Shown here: positions 8,677-16,318 of the stretch, in pieces
Numbering within the stretch: position 1 is the stretch's first letter
How the letters are laid out: each line of letters begins with the position of its first letter
Assembly (NCBI RefSeq): GCF_000934765.1
Contig: NZ_JYNN01000002.1
Location: 1-24,000, forward strand
Direction: 5' to 3'
Origin: Thiomicrospira microaerophila
Lineage (GTDB): Bacteria; Pseudomonadota; Gammaproteobacteria; Thiomicrospirales; Thiomicrospiraceae
DNA: 24,000 nucleotides
Notes under the pieces: model-generated
What the model was told of the DNA's origin: nothing
Database searches by the model: none
What the model saw: only the letters and a program-made list of their open reading frames with translations
Translations under genes and position numbers: made by a program

Positions 8677-10002
8677 ATGGCTACAACAGAATTAGAACAA
8701 AAAACAGAACAAAATACGAATCTGTGTGCAGGCAAATCATGCGCTGCATTTCAAAAAAAATACGTCGTACGTGACGTTCAAGCGGGTGTGATTACCGCAG
8801 CTATGGCTATACCCCTTTCGATTGGTATTGCTATCATGTCAGAGTATCCCATTCAAGTAGGTTTAGCAACGGTTGCATTTGCATCGTTTATTGGTTGGAT
8901 GTTTGCCTGGTTTAGACCCGGTAACTTTATTGGCGCACCGGGTATTGCAGCAGGTTTAGCGCCCATTCTTGCCATGGGTGTGTCGATGTTTGGCATAGGG
9001 AATATGGCTTTTATTATCTTCTTGACGGCTACTTTTCAGGCCATTATTTGGAAGTTTAATTGGCAGCGTTATATCTTGCAGCTGGTTCCGACTTATTTGG
9101 TGGAGGGGTTGCTTGCAGGTATCGGATTAAAAATTGTACTCGCCTTTTTACTTTTTACCTATGAAGTGCCCGTTGAATTTGCATCGGCGGATTCTTTTTT
9201 CACGGCTGAGCGTTGGATTGTAATTGGACTGTCTTTAGTTGGTGCCGCCTTGTTCTTATTTCTGTTTAAAAAGTTTAAGGACCGCCAACCTGCGGTGCCT
9301 TATTTTGCGCTTATTGTCTATGGGATAGTGGCTTCTTTAGTTTTACCTGTAACCATGTTGCATGTTGAAGATGCCGAGCTTGCTTTAGCTTTGCCCATAC
9401 CTGATTTTGGTACACCTGCTCTATGGGCTTATGCGATCGGCTTTGCGTTAATGCTCGCTATTATTGATGTGATTGAGCAGGTGATGAGTAATGCGGCGAT
9501 TGAGAAAATAGATCCGTTAAAGCGTAAGTGTGATAGTAATAACAGTCTACTCTCTATCTGGGTATCCAATATGGGCTCGAGTTTTTTTGGCGGGATGACC
9601 AACCTAGATGGGTTGGCTAAAAGCTCGACTAACCGTTTAGCTGGTGCGTATACTAAGTTATCTGTATTGGTGATTGCGTTAGTTATCAGCTTTTTTGTAA
9701 TCAATATTCAATACCTTGATTTTTTACCTAAATTTGCGCTTGGTATTATTATGATTTTTGTGGGTATCAAAATGATTTTGGGCTTGATGCATGTTGCCCA
9801 TCACGGGCGCTATGCATTGTTGCTAGCGGTGCTCTGTGGCTTGTTGGTTTATTGGGTAGGGATATTTGAAGGTTTACTGATTGCCTTGGCCGTGCATGCA
9901 TTTATCAACTTTGTGATCTTCAAAGAACGCGACAATATTGGTACAAATGATATGGTAAGAAACTATATTAATAAGTTTAAAGAGGAAGACGGTTTAAATT
10001 AA
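8677..10002 (+). CDS. SulP-family anion transporter lacking a STAS domain; candidate bicarbonate/DIC transporter
   Basis: 441 aa polytopic membrane protein. SulP-like N-terminal motif (RDVQAGVITAAMAIPLSIGIAIMS). No C-terminal soluble domain. Sits next to the carboxysome locus, as reported for SulP-type DIC transporters in this clade. Confidence 0.75.
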   Translation: MATTELEQKTEQNTNLCAGKSCAAFQKKYVVRDVQAGVITAAMAIPLSIGIAIMSEYPIQVGLATVAFASFIGWMFAWFRPGNFIGAPGIAAGLAPILAMGVSMFGIGNMAFIIFLTATFQAIIWKFNWQRYILQLVPTYLVEGLLAGIGLKIVLAFLLFTYEVPVEFASADSFFTAERWIVIGLSLVGAALFLFLFKKFKDRQPAVPYFALIVYGIVASLVLPVTMLHVEDAELALALPIPDFGTPALWAYAIGFALMLAIIDVIEQVMSNAAIEKIDPLKRKCDSNNSLLSIWVSNMGSSFFGGMTNLDGLAKSSTNRLAGAYTKLSVLVIALVISFFVINIQYLDFLPKFALGIIMIFVGIKMILGLMHVAHHGRYALLLAVLCGLLVYWVGIFEGLLIALAVHAFINFVIFKERDNIGTNDMVRNYINKFKEEDGLN

Positions 10003-10173
10003 TATTGATAACCTATTTATTTTAGTCAATGATTAGGTAGTGAAATACCAATTTTACTTGATATGTTTTTTAGAATAATATGCTAAACCATTAGGTCAAC
10101 TGCTTTATTTGGCCTAATAGACTCAGGGGGGGCAAACGCTTTGAGTCTTTCACTATTTTTTTAGGGGGTTAGT

Positions 10174-11157
10174 ATGGGTTTAGATGCAATATTAATACCG
10201 GCTATATTGTTTTTTGCCTTGGGCGTGTTCGCTAAGGTCATTAAATCGGACTTAAAATTTCCCGAAGGTTTATCTAAGGGTTTATCGCTTTATCTTTTAA
10301 TTGCTATAGGTTTAAAAGGTGGTGCGGAGTTAGCCAATGCCGAATTAGGTCTGGCGATAAAATCTATTATGTGGGCCATCGTGCTGGGCTTCCTAACGCC
10401 GATTATCGGCTATATGATTTTGCGTTTCCGTGACAAGATTGACAGAATGAATGCGGCGGCCATTACCGCGCACTATGGTTCAGTGAGTGCAGGTACGTTT
10501 CTTACTGCGATTGCCTTTTTAGATGTTAGTGGCATTGAGTATGAGACCTACCCGATCATTATGATGGTGGTGATGGAAACCCCAGCTATTATTATCGGTT
10601 TGCTATTAGCGGCGCTTGCTCGAAAGCAATTGCAGCAGCAAGAGGCGGGTGAAACGGTAGCGACGCCTTGGAAATCGTTATTACACGAAGCCTTAACAAA
10701 TGGTAGTGTGGTGCTTTTGATTGGTGCGATGGTGATTGGTGCTATCTCAAGCCCTGAGGCGATGGAGAAAGTGTATCCTTTTTCACATGAAATTTTTATG
10801 GGCGTTCTATGTCTGTTCTTGCTTGATTTGGGTATGGAAGCGGCACGTCGAATGAAGGCTTTTAAAGAGGTCGGTGTCACACTGGTTGCTTTTGGTATCA
10901 TTATGCCGTTAATCGGTGGCACCATTGGTATGGTTGTAGCCGCTAGCTTCCTCGGCTTTGGTGTCGGTGGTACGCTATTGGTCGCAATACTGGGCGCGAG
11001 TGCCTCTTATATTGCTGTGCCACCTGCCATGCGCATGGGTGTGCCTGAAGCGAATCCTTCGTACTACCTGACTTTGGCGTTAGGCGTCACGTTTCCATTT
11101 AACGTGTTAGTCGGCATTCCGTTGTTTTATAACTTATCAATTTGGTATATAGGCTAA
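10174..11157 (+). CDS. sbtA: SbtA-family sodium-dependent bicarbonate transporter
   Basis: 327 aa membrane protein with SbtA-like motifs (IGLKGGAEL, HYGSVSAGTF, ASASYIAVPPAMRMGVPEANPS). Followed by a PII-like gene, as in sbtAB. Confidence 0.85.
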   Translation: MGLDAILIPAILFFALGVFAKVIKSDLKFPEGLSKGLSLYLLIAIGLKGGAELANAELGLAIKSIMWAIVLGFLTPIIGYMILRFRDKIDRMNAAAITAHYGSVSAGTFLTAIAFLDVSGIEYETYPIIMMVVMETPAIIIGLLLAALARKQLQQQEAGETVATPWKSLLHEALTNGSVVLLIGAMVIGAISSPEAMEKVYPFSHEIFMGVLCLFLLDLGMEAARRMKAFKEVGVTLVAFGIIMPLIGGTIGMVVAASFLGFGVGGTLLVAILGASASYIAVPPAMRMGVPEANPSYYLTLALGVTFPFNVLVGIPLFYNLSIWYIG

Positions 11158-11170
11158 AGGGAGGGGGACC

Positions 11171-11482
11171 ATGAGTTGCGAACAGAGATTAATTCAGATT
11201 ATTACATCGAATATCTTAGAAAACCGGGTCAAGAAGTTGTTTAAAAAGCTAGGTATTAAATCGTTTACTAGTTTTGGTGTGAACGGTGAGGGTGATACCG
11301 GGCTTCAATCTGGGCATTTTGATGCCGATAGCAATGTACTTTTTATGTTATTGCTTTCGGAAGAGAAGATGCTTGAATTGGTCGAAGAGTTAAACAAAGA
11401 TATTCAAAAGGGTTATCATCACTTTGTGTTTAGTTTGAATGCACAAATGCATACACCTTATAAATGTAAATCTGAAGTTTAA
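11171..11482 (+). CDS. sbtB: PII-like signalling protein SbtB
   Basis: 103 aa of beta-alpha-beta PII-like length and pattern (LIQIITSNILENRVKKLFKKLGIKSFTSFGVNGEG), 13 nt downstream of sbtA. Confidence 0.75.
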   Translation: MSCEQRLIQIITSNILENRVKKLFKKLGIKSFTSFGVNGEGDTGLQSGHFDADSNVLFMLLLSEEKMLELVEELNKDIQKGYHHFVFSLNAQMHTPYKCKSEV

Positions 11483-11497
11483 TGAAGGTGGCCTGAC

Positions 11498-12451
11498 ATG
11501 AAGGACGATAAAAAAAACTTATCCAATTATCTTGTCAGGCATCTTACCTTACGACAAATTCAAGTGTTTGAGGCTGTAGCACGTTATCAAAGCTTTACCA
11601 AAGCCGCGGACGCTTTACATCTAACGCAACCGACAGTGTCTACTCAAATCAAAAGTTTTCAAGAGTCTTTAGGTGTAGCGCTTTATGAGCAAATTGGGCG
11701 CAACATTTTTTTAACCGAAGTGGGTGAGCAAGTTGCACTTGCTTGTCGTGAAATGTTAAGTAACCTGTCCAATCTTGAAATTAAGTTAAATGATTTTAAA
11801 GGGAAGCGAAAAGGTCGATTAAGAATTACCGCAGTCACCAGTGCGAAGTATTTTTTACCTTTGGCATTGGGTGAGTTTGTGAAGAGTTATCCAGAGATTG
11901 AGCTTGAATTTACGGTCTGTAATCGTGATAGTTTATTGAAGCGGATTGAGGAGAATCTGGATGATCTGTACATTATGGGGCAAAAGCCGCCTAGCAACTT
12001 GGATGTGGTTGATATTCCTTTTACCCCTAACCCTTTGGTATTGATTGCGCATCAAGATCATCCTTTTGTAGGGCGACGTGCGATTCCTTTATCAGAGATT
12101 GCCAAAGAGCCTATCTTGATGCGTGAAATTGGTTCCGGAACACGCTCTGCGGTAGAGGATAAGTTTCATCAAGCGGGCTTAAAATTAAATGTACGCTTAA
12201 CATTGGAAAGCACTGAAACCATTAAACAGGCCGTGTTTGCGCATTTGGGTATTGCTGTTGTGCCCATGCATGCGGTGTATTTGGATGGGGCGAAAGGGCC
12301 GATATCGATTTTGGATGTAGAAGGTTTTCCACTTGAAAAAGAGTTGAATATTGTGTATCCAACGGGAAAATCCTTGTCGATTATCGCCAGAGCATTTTTA
12401 GATTTGTTGCAACAAAAAGGTGCTCAGTATTTTCAGCTCCCTCGCGCTTGA
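11498..12451 (+). CDS. LysR-family transcriptional regulator, CbbR/CcmR-like
   Basis: 317 aa. N-terminal HTH LTLRQIQVFEAVARYQSFTKAADALHLTQPTVSTQIKSFQESLG, typical of CbbR-type regulators. Lies among CCM genes. Confidence 0.88.
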   Translation: MKDDKKNLSNYLVRHLTLRQIQVFEAVARYQSFTKAADALHLTQPTVSTQIKSFQESLGVALYEQIGRNIFLTEVGEQVALACREMLSNLSNLEIKLNDFKGKRKGRLRITAVTSAKYFLPLALGEFVKSYPEIELEFTVCNRDSLLKRIEENLDDLYIMGQKPPSNLDVVDIPFTPNPLVLIAHQDHPFVGRRAIPLSEIAKEPILMREIGSGTRSAVEDKFHQAGLKLNVRLTLESTETIKQAVFAHLGIAVVPMHAVYLDGAKGPISILDVEGFPLEKELNIVYPTGKSLSIIARAFLDLLQQKGAQYFQLPRA

Positions 12452-12538
12452 ATATTTATAGTTTAATGCTTGAATATCTTGAATGTGATAGACTGAAAAC
12501 GAGTAAAATAAGCAAATAGTTTGTATAAGGAAAGCTGA

Positions 12539-13081
12539 ATGAGAAATCAATCTATTAATATTACCGGCACAGCGGGTATTGAGTCTTCTAGACAAAGTCG
12601 TGTGAGCTTAAATAGTGCATTACGCAATCCATCTGAAGCCGTAACAGGCGTGTCAAGACGTCCTATTGATACCGTGGTAGCCGTTGAACAAAGTTTTTGC
12701 GCGCCTATGGATGAAAAATTGGCAACGGAATTGTTCAAAAAATGGAATGAAGCGTTGCAAACGGGTAATCCTAAAGCCGTGGCGGCGCTTTATTCTGAGG
12801 ACGCGGTATTGTTACCAACTGTATCAAATTTAGCGCGCACTAATTTAGCTGAAATAGAAGATTATTTCGCTCACTTTTTAGAAAAGAAGCCGTATGGCAC
12901 TATTATTCAGCGAAATGTCAAAAAAGGTTGCAATAAGTTAACGGATGCAGGTATTTATTCATTCCGTTTGACAGATCATACCGGCACAAAAGATGTCGCC
13001 GCACGCTACACTTTTGTGTATGAGCATCGCAACGGTGGTTGGAAGATTGCCCATCATCATTCATCGGTTATGCCAGAGTAA
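12539..13081 (+). CDS. iota-class carbonic-anhydrase-like protein (CaMKII-association/SgcJ-EcaC fold) with a roughly 56-aa disordered N-terminal extension
   Basis: The C-terminal ~124 aa read W..AL..GNP.AVAALYSEDAVLLPTVSN...YF..FL..KP.G...ARYTFVY...GGWKIAHHHSSVMP, ending in the HHHSS signature reported for iota-CAs. AAGGAAAG RBS before the ATG at 12539. The N-terminus is S/R/N/T-rich with no hydrophobic signal peptide. Confidence 0.72.
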   Translation: MRNQSINITGTAGIESSRQSRVSLNSALRNPSEAVTGVSRRPIDTVVAVEQSFCAPMDEKLATELFKKWNEALQTGNPKAVAALYSEDAVLLPTVSNLARTNLAEIEDYFAHFLEKKPYGTIIQRNVKKGCNKLTDAGIYSFRLTDHTGTKDVAARYTFVYEHRNGGWKIAHHHSSVMPE

Positions 13082-13083
13082 TT

Positions 13084-13713
13084 ATGCTACGAAAACGCCA
13101 TTATTCACAAGCAGGCCTGGTTGCTCAGCCCCAAAAAAAGCTGGTGCTTGCTTCGCGCAATCAAGGCAAGCTAGCTGAAATGCAATCTATTATGCAGGGT
13201 TATGAGGTATATCTTCAGTCTGAGTTCTTTGAAGAGCAAGCGGAAGAAACCGGTTTAAGCTGTATGGAAAATGCCATTTTAAAAGCGCGCTTTGCTGCTC
13301 ATCGTACGGGCTTGCCTGCGATTGGTGATGATTCAGGCTTGTTTGTGGATGCGCTACAAGGGATGCCTGGCTTGTATTCAGCACGGTTTGCGGGTGAAAA
13401 TGCGACTGATCAGCAAAATGTTGACAAGCTTTTATCTGTTATGCGTGATATTCCAGAAGGCCACCGTCAAGCGAAGTATGTCTGTACGATGGCGTATGTT
13501 CGTTATGCCTTAGATCCTCTGCCGATTTGTGTGACGGCAGAATGGCCGGGTTATATTTTTCATGAGCAGCGAGGTAACCAAGGTTATGGTTATGACTCGG
13601 TGTTTTATTTATTTGGACAAAATGCAACCGTAGCACAGCTGATGCCAGCGCTAAAGCAATCTTTAAGCAATCGTACGGTCGCGTTGCGGGCGCTCTTGGC
13701 GCAAATCGATTAA
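13084..13713 (+). CDS. rdgB: RdgB/HAM1-family non-canonical purine NTP pyrophosphatase
   Basis: LVLASRNQGKLAEM, PAIGDDSGLFVDALQGMPGLYSARF and GYGYDSVF motifs. I prefer the ATG at 13084, 2 nt after the upstream stop, over 13039, which overlaps the preceding gene. Confidence 0.85.
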   Translation: MLRKRHYSQAGLVAQPQKKLVLASRNQGKLAEMQSIMQGYEVYLQSEFFEEQAEETGLSCMENAILKARFAAHRTGLPAIGDDSGLFVDALQGMPGLYSARFAGENATDQQNVDKLLSVMRDIPEGHRQAKYVCTMAYVRYALDPLPICVTAEWPGYIFHEQRGNQGYGYDSVFYLFGQNATVAQLMPALKQSLSNRTVALRALLAQID

Positions 13714-13735
13714 TTGACGCCTAAGGTTAAACATT

Positions 13736-14350
13736 ATGATTAAACTTCGAACCTACATTTTTATTAACTCTTTGCAGCCACAAATTGCATCTTATATGGG
13801 AACGGCGGCGCAGGGTTTCTTACCTGTCCCAGGTGATGCCTGTTTATGGATGGAGGTCGCGCCTGGTATGGCGGTTCATCGCTTGACAGATATTGCGTTG
13901 AAAGGCTCTAATGTGCATTTAGGTCAACAGGTCGTTGAGCGTGCATACGGTTCGATGGTGATTCATCATCGTGATCAGAGTGATGTACTCGAGAGCGGTG
14001 AAAAAGTATTAGATTATTTAAACACAGAAGAGTGTTCTCGTCAGAAATGTCATATTATGTGGAATGAGATTATTCGTTCTATTATGCCGGATCATGCCGT
14101 ATTGATTAACCGAGACAATCGCCGTGGTTCGATGATCCTTCCTGGGCAGAGCATGTATATTATGGAAACGGAGCCAGCGGGCTATATTGTGTATGCGGCT
14201 AATGAGGCGGAAAAAGCGGCGAATATTACTTTAATTGAAGCACGTGCTGTGGGGGCTTATGGGCGCCTGATATTAGCGGGAAATGAGGCGGATATTAATA
14301 CAGCGGCTGAAGCCGCCACAAAAGCGATTCAAAATCTGAGTGGCGTTTAA
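13736..14350 (+). CDS. csoS1D: tandem-BMC (pseudohexameric) carboxysome shell protein CsoS1D
   Basis: 204 aa. [50 protein letters not shown]...[16 protein letters not shown]...[25 protein letters not shown] closely resembles the CsoS1D sequences I remember. Confidence 0.85.
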   Translation: MIKLRTYIFINSLQPQIASYMGTAAQGFLPVPGDACLWMEVAPGMAVHRLTDIALKGSNVHLGQQVVERAYGSMVIHHRDQSDVLESGEKVLDYLNTEECSRQKCHIMWNEIIRSIMPDHAVLINRDNRRGSMILPGQSMYIMETEPAGYIVYAANEAEKAANITLIEARAVGAYGRLILAGNEADINTAAEAATKAIQNLSGV

Positions 14351-14380
14351 GATTATCAAACTAGCTTAAAGCTACGGATA

Positions 14381-14407
14381 AAAAAGCGCTATAAAAGCGC
14401 TTTTTTA
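14381..14407. terminator. bidirectional rho-independent terminator between convergent csoS1D and mcdB
   Basis: AAAAAGCGCT (14381-14390), loop ATAAA, AGCGCTTTTT (14396-14405). An A-run lies 5' and a T-run 3'. Confidence 0.8.
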
Positions 14408-14427
14408 TCGTCAAGCTCGCTAAAAAG

Positions 14428-14688
14428 TTAATCAGGCCAAACTCGACGTGCGGGCAGTATTTTGGGCTTGTCTTCTGTAGGCTTAGTGTCAGTCGCTTTT
14501 TCAACTGGCTTGGCGACTGGCTTTTTAGCCGGTGCGGGTTTTGCTGTAGCCGCAGGCTTTGTTTCTTCTGTTGCTGTTGTGCTGGTGTCGGTTGTATCGT
14601 TCATCTTACTGGTTGTCTCCGTTGTTGTTTGTGCGTTGTTTGCAGTGGCCTTGGCGGCAGTGGTTCTTGGTTTGCGTCTAGTGACCAT
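14428..14688 (-). CDS. mcdB: intrinsically disordered K/T/A/P-rich protein, McdB-like carboxysome positioning adaptor
   Basis: 86 aa of low complexity (TTETTSK..., AKPAPAKKPVAKPVEK) with a C-terminal ...RRVWPD tryptophan. Overlaps the stop of the upstream ParA-like gene by 11 nt. Adjacent to csoS1D. Confidence 0.62.
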   Translation of the reverse strand: MVTRRKPRTTAAKATANNAQTTTETTSKMNDTTDTSTTATEETKPAATAKPAPAKKPVAKPVEKATDTKPTEDKPKILPARRVWPD

Positions 14689-15310
14689 GGATTTCCTCCC
14701 ATAATTGTTGAATTTCTTCAGTTGCTTTTGTGTTGTTCATTTCGACGACGCCATAACCTAAGCTGATGGCATCACGATAAACTTTACGATCTCGAATAAT
14801 CGTGTTTAGCAGATGAATATCTTGATAATCTTTTAGGTATTCTTTAGCTTCTTCCACTTCTTTTACCGAGGTGTTAGTTGGTGCGAGGGTGAGTGCCGCT
14901 CTTACTTTGAGTTTTGAGTTGTAGTCCTTGCTTAGCGTGATAATTTCTTGCAAGCTTGGTAAAACATCGAGATCTGGCTGTGAAGGTCGAAATGGAATCA
15001 ATAACACATTCGCGGCTGTCATGCCGGTACGCAACTCTCGAGAGTCGCGGCCACCGGCATCGACGATCACATATTCATAGCGTTTGCCCAAATCCAGAAG
15101 TGTGTCACGAATGTTGTCAAAGGCTTGAACGTGATTAACTTTGGGTTTGTCTGTTTCGATGCGGTCCAGTGCCCAGTTGGATGAGGTGGCTTGACGATCG
15201 GCATCGACAATAATCACGTCTTTTCCTTGGGTGACCAGCAAGGCAGCAAGGTTAGTGGTGAGTGTGCTTTTTCCGCAACCGCCTTTAATGTTGGCTATTT
15301 GTATAATCAT
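14678..15310 (-). CDS. mcdA: ParA/MinD-family ATPase, McdA-like (maintenance of carboxysome distribution)
   Basis: 210 aa with a deviant Walker A (ANIKGGCGKST), VDADRQ and VIVDAGG. No parB or partition site nearby. Paired with a disordered partner next to carboxysome genes. Confidence 0.75.
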   Translation of the reverse strand: MIIQIANIKGGCGKSTLTTNLAALLVTQGKDVIIVDADRQATSSNWALDRIETDKPKVNHVQAFDNIRDTLLDLGKRYEYVIVDAGGRDSRELRTGMTAANVLLIPFRPSQPDLDVLPSLQEIITLSKDYNSKLKVRAALTLAPTNTSVKEVEEAKEYLKDYQDIHLLNTIIRDRKVYRDAISLGYGVVEMNNTKATEEIQQLWEEIHGH

Positions 15311-15373
15311 TGTTTCTGGTTACTCGATTATGTTTTGTCTGATTATAACTGATTCGGCTGAGTTTTTTAACTG

Positions 15374-15670
15374 TTAATAGATATTGTCTAGCCTTTCTGG
15401 TGGTGGGGGCATGTCACTGAGCTTTTCGACTTCATTGGGTGGTAGTTGGACAAAGTAGCCTTTTGATTCAATCGATTGGTAAACCTTGGCAGCGTCTTCT
15501 CGACCCAGTTTGCGGTTCGGGGTAAGCTCGAAGTCGGTGACATAATGGGTTTCACCAAACATGACCTTGAATTCAGCGGGTAAGGCATCTAGTCCTTTTT
15601 GTTTGTCAACAAACACATAAAGCTCTTCTTTTTTGCTACTCTTATAGGCTGATACGCTAATTGGGTTCAT
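15374..15670 (-). CDS. ycgL: YcgL-domain protein (DUF709)
   Basis: 98 aa. YKSSKKEELYVFVDKQKGLDALPAEF...GYFVQLPP resembles E. coli YcgL (YRSSKRDQTYLYVEKKDDF...GYYLQLPP). Confidence 0.8.
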   Translation of the reverse strand: MNPISVSAYKSSKKEELYVFVDKQKGLDALPAEFKVMFGETHYVTDFELTPNRKLGREDAAKVYQSIESKGYFVQLPPNEVEKLSDMPPPPERLDNIY

Positions 15671-15924
15671 TGGTTATTCCAGACTCGTTTAAAACGCATA
15701 GTTTATCAAACTATTTAGCCCGGATGTTTCATAAATTCGCGTGATGATCGCGCAGGATATTGGTTTCCCAGTGCTTTTTTCGAAGGAGCGCTGTAGTTAT
15801 TCATACAGCCGACTGAGGAAAAAGTGCTGGGGAATCAATAGACAAGCGAGGGCGCGTGAACTTTATGAAGTATCCGGGCTAGATAACGTTTTAAACAAAA
15901 TCTTAGCTTATCGCTGTTGGCGGC

Positions 15925-15953
15925 TTGACCCTTGCTAGGGTATGCATAATAAT
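15925..15953 (+). promoter_or_regulatory. candidate sigma70 promoter for the omega-RNA/iscB transcript
   Basis: TTGACC (15925-15930), a 17-nt spacer, then AATAAT (15948-15953). This would start transcription about 30 nt upstream of the first structured module, leaving room for a 5' guide. Confidence 0.3.
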
Positions 15954-15994
15954 TGCGCTTATTTGCACAATTTTCAAACTAAGAGAAGACGACT

Positions 15995-16165
15995 GTCAAC
16001 AACCCCGGGCTAATGCCCCAAGGGCACGTAGAGCCCGAGGCTTGAGGGAACGATAAGCCTAGTTGACCAGAGGGCTTGATCTTGGATTAAGCAGCAGACG
16101 ATAATGGGTCGTTAAGACTTACCAGTGGGTGCTTCCTTAGCCCACTGCTCTAAAAGGCGTTGAGA
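15995..16165 (+). repeat. tandem module 1 of the omega-RNA-like scaffold (171 nt)
   Basis: Starts GTCAACAACCCCGGGC and ends CTCTAAAAGGCGTTGAGA. It aligns with module 2 along its whole length, apart from an 18-nt insertion (TGCCCCAAGGGCACGTAG) that itself forms a small hairpin. Confidence 0.9.
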
Positions 16166-16318
16166 GTCAACAACCCCGGGCTAAAGCCCGAGGCTTGAGG
16201 GAAACCAAAAGCCTCGTTGACCAGAGGGCTTGATTTGTATTAAGCAGTAGACGATAACGGGTCGTTAAGACTTACCTTGGGATGCTTCCTTAGTCCCAAG
16301 CTCTAAAAGGCGTTGAGA
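16166..16318 (+). repeat. tandem module 2 of the omega-RNA-like scaffold (153 nt)
   Basis: Directly abuts module 1 and has the same start and end sequences. Roughly nine-tenths identical by hand alignment, with differences in predicted loops or as compensatory stem changes. Confidence 0.9.

Noticed and set aside
13039-13083. Upstream ATG at 13039 as the rdgB start, as in the ORF track
   Set aside because: It would overlap the last 43 nt of the iota-CA gene and add a non-homologous Cys/Pro-rich leader. The ATG at 13084, directly after the upstream stop, is more plausible.
12993-13636. Overlapping small ORFs (12993-13178, 13190-13384, 13292-13513, 13439-13636) around rdgB
   Set aside because: They are off-frame or antisense to the well-supported iota-CA and rdgB frames and have no motifs.
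14462-14704. 80-aa plus-strand ORF rich in V/A/G/L, opposite the McdB-like gene
   Set aside because: It is the mirror image of a low-complexity K/T/A/P coding region. The minus-strand reading is supported by overlap-coupling to the ParA-like gene and by the terminator at 14381-14407.
15741-15938. 65-aa plus-strand ORF between ycgL and the IscB element
   Set aside because: It has no RBS, is Cys/Arg-rich with no recognisable motif, and overlaps the hairpin at 15767-15831 and the candidate promoter. I treat it as non-coding.
15995-16318. The tandem repeat might be a CRISPR array
   Set aside because: There are only two units of 171 and 153 nt. They directly abut with no spacers and are highly structured. 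They are far too long for CRISPR repeats and fit a duplicated omega-RNA scaffold module instead.
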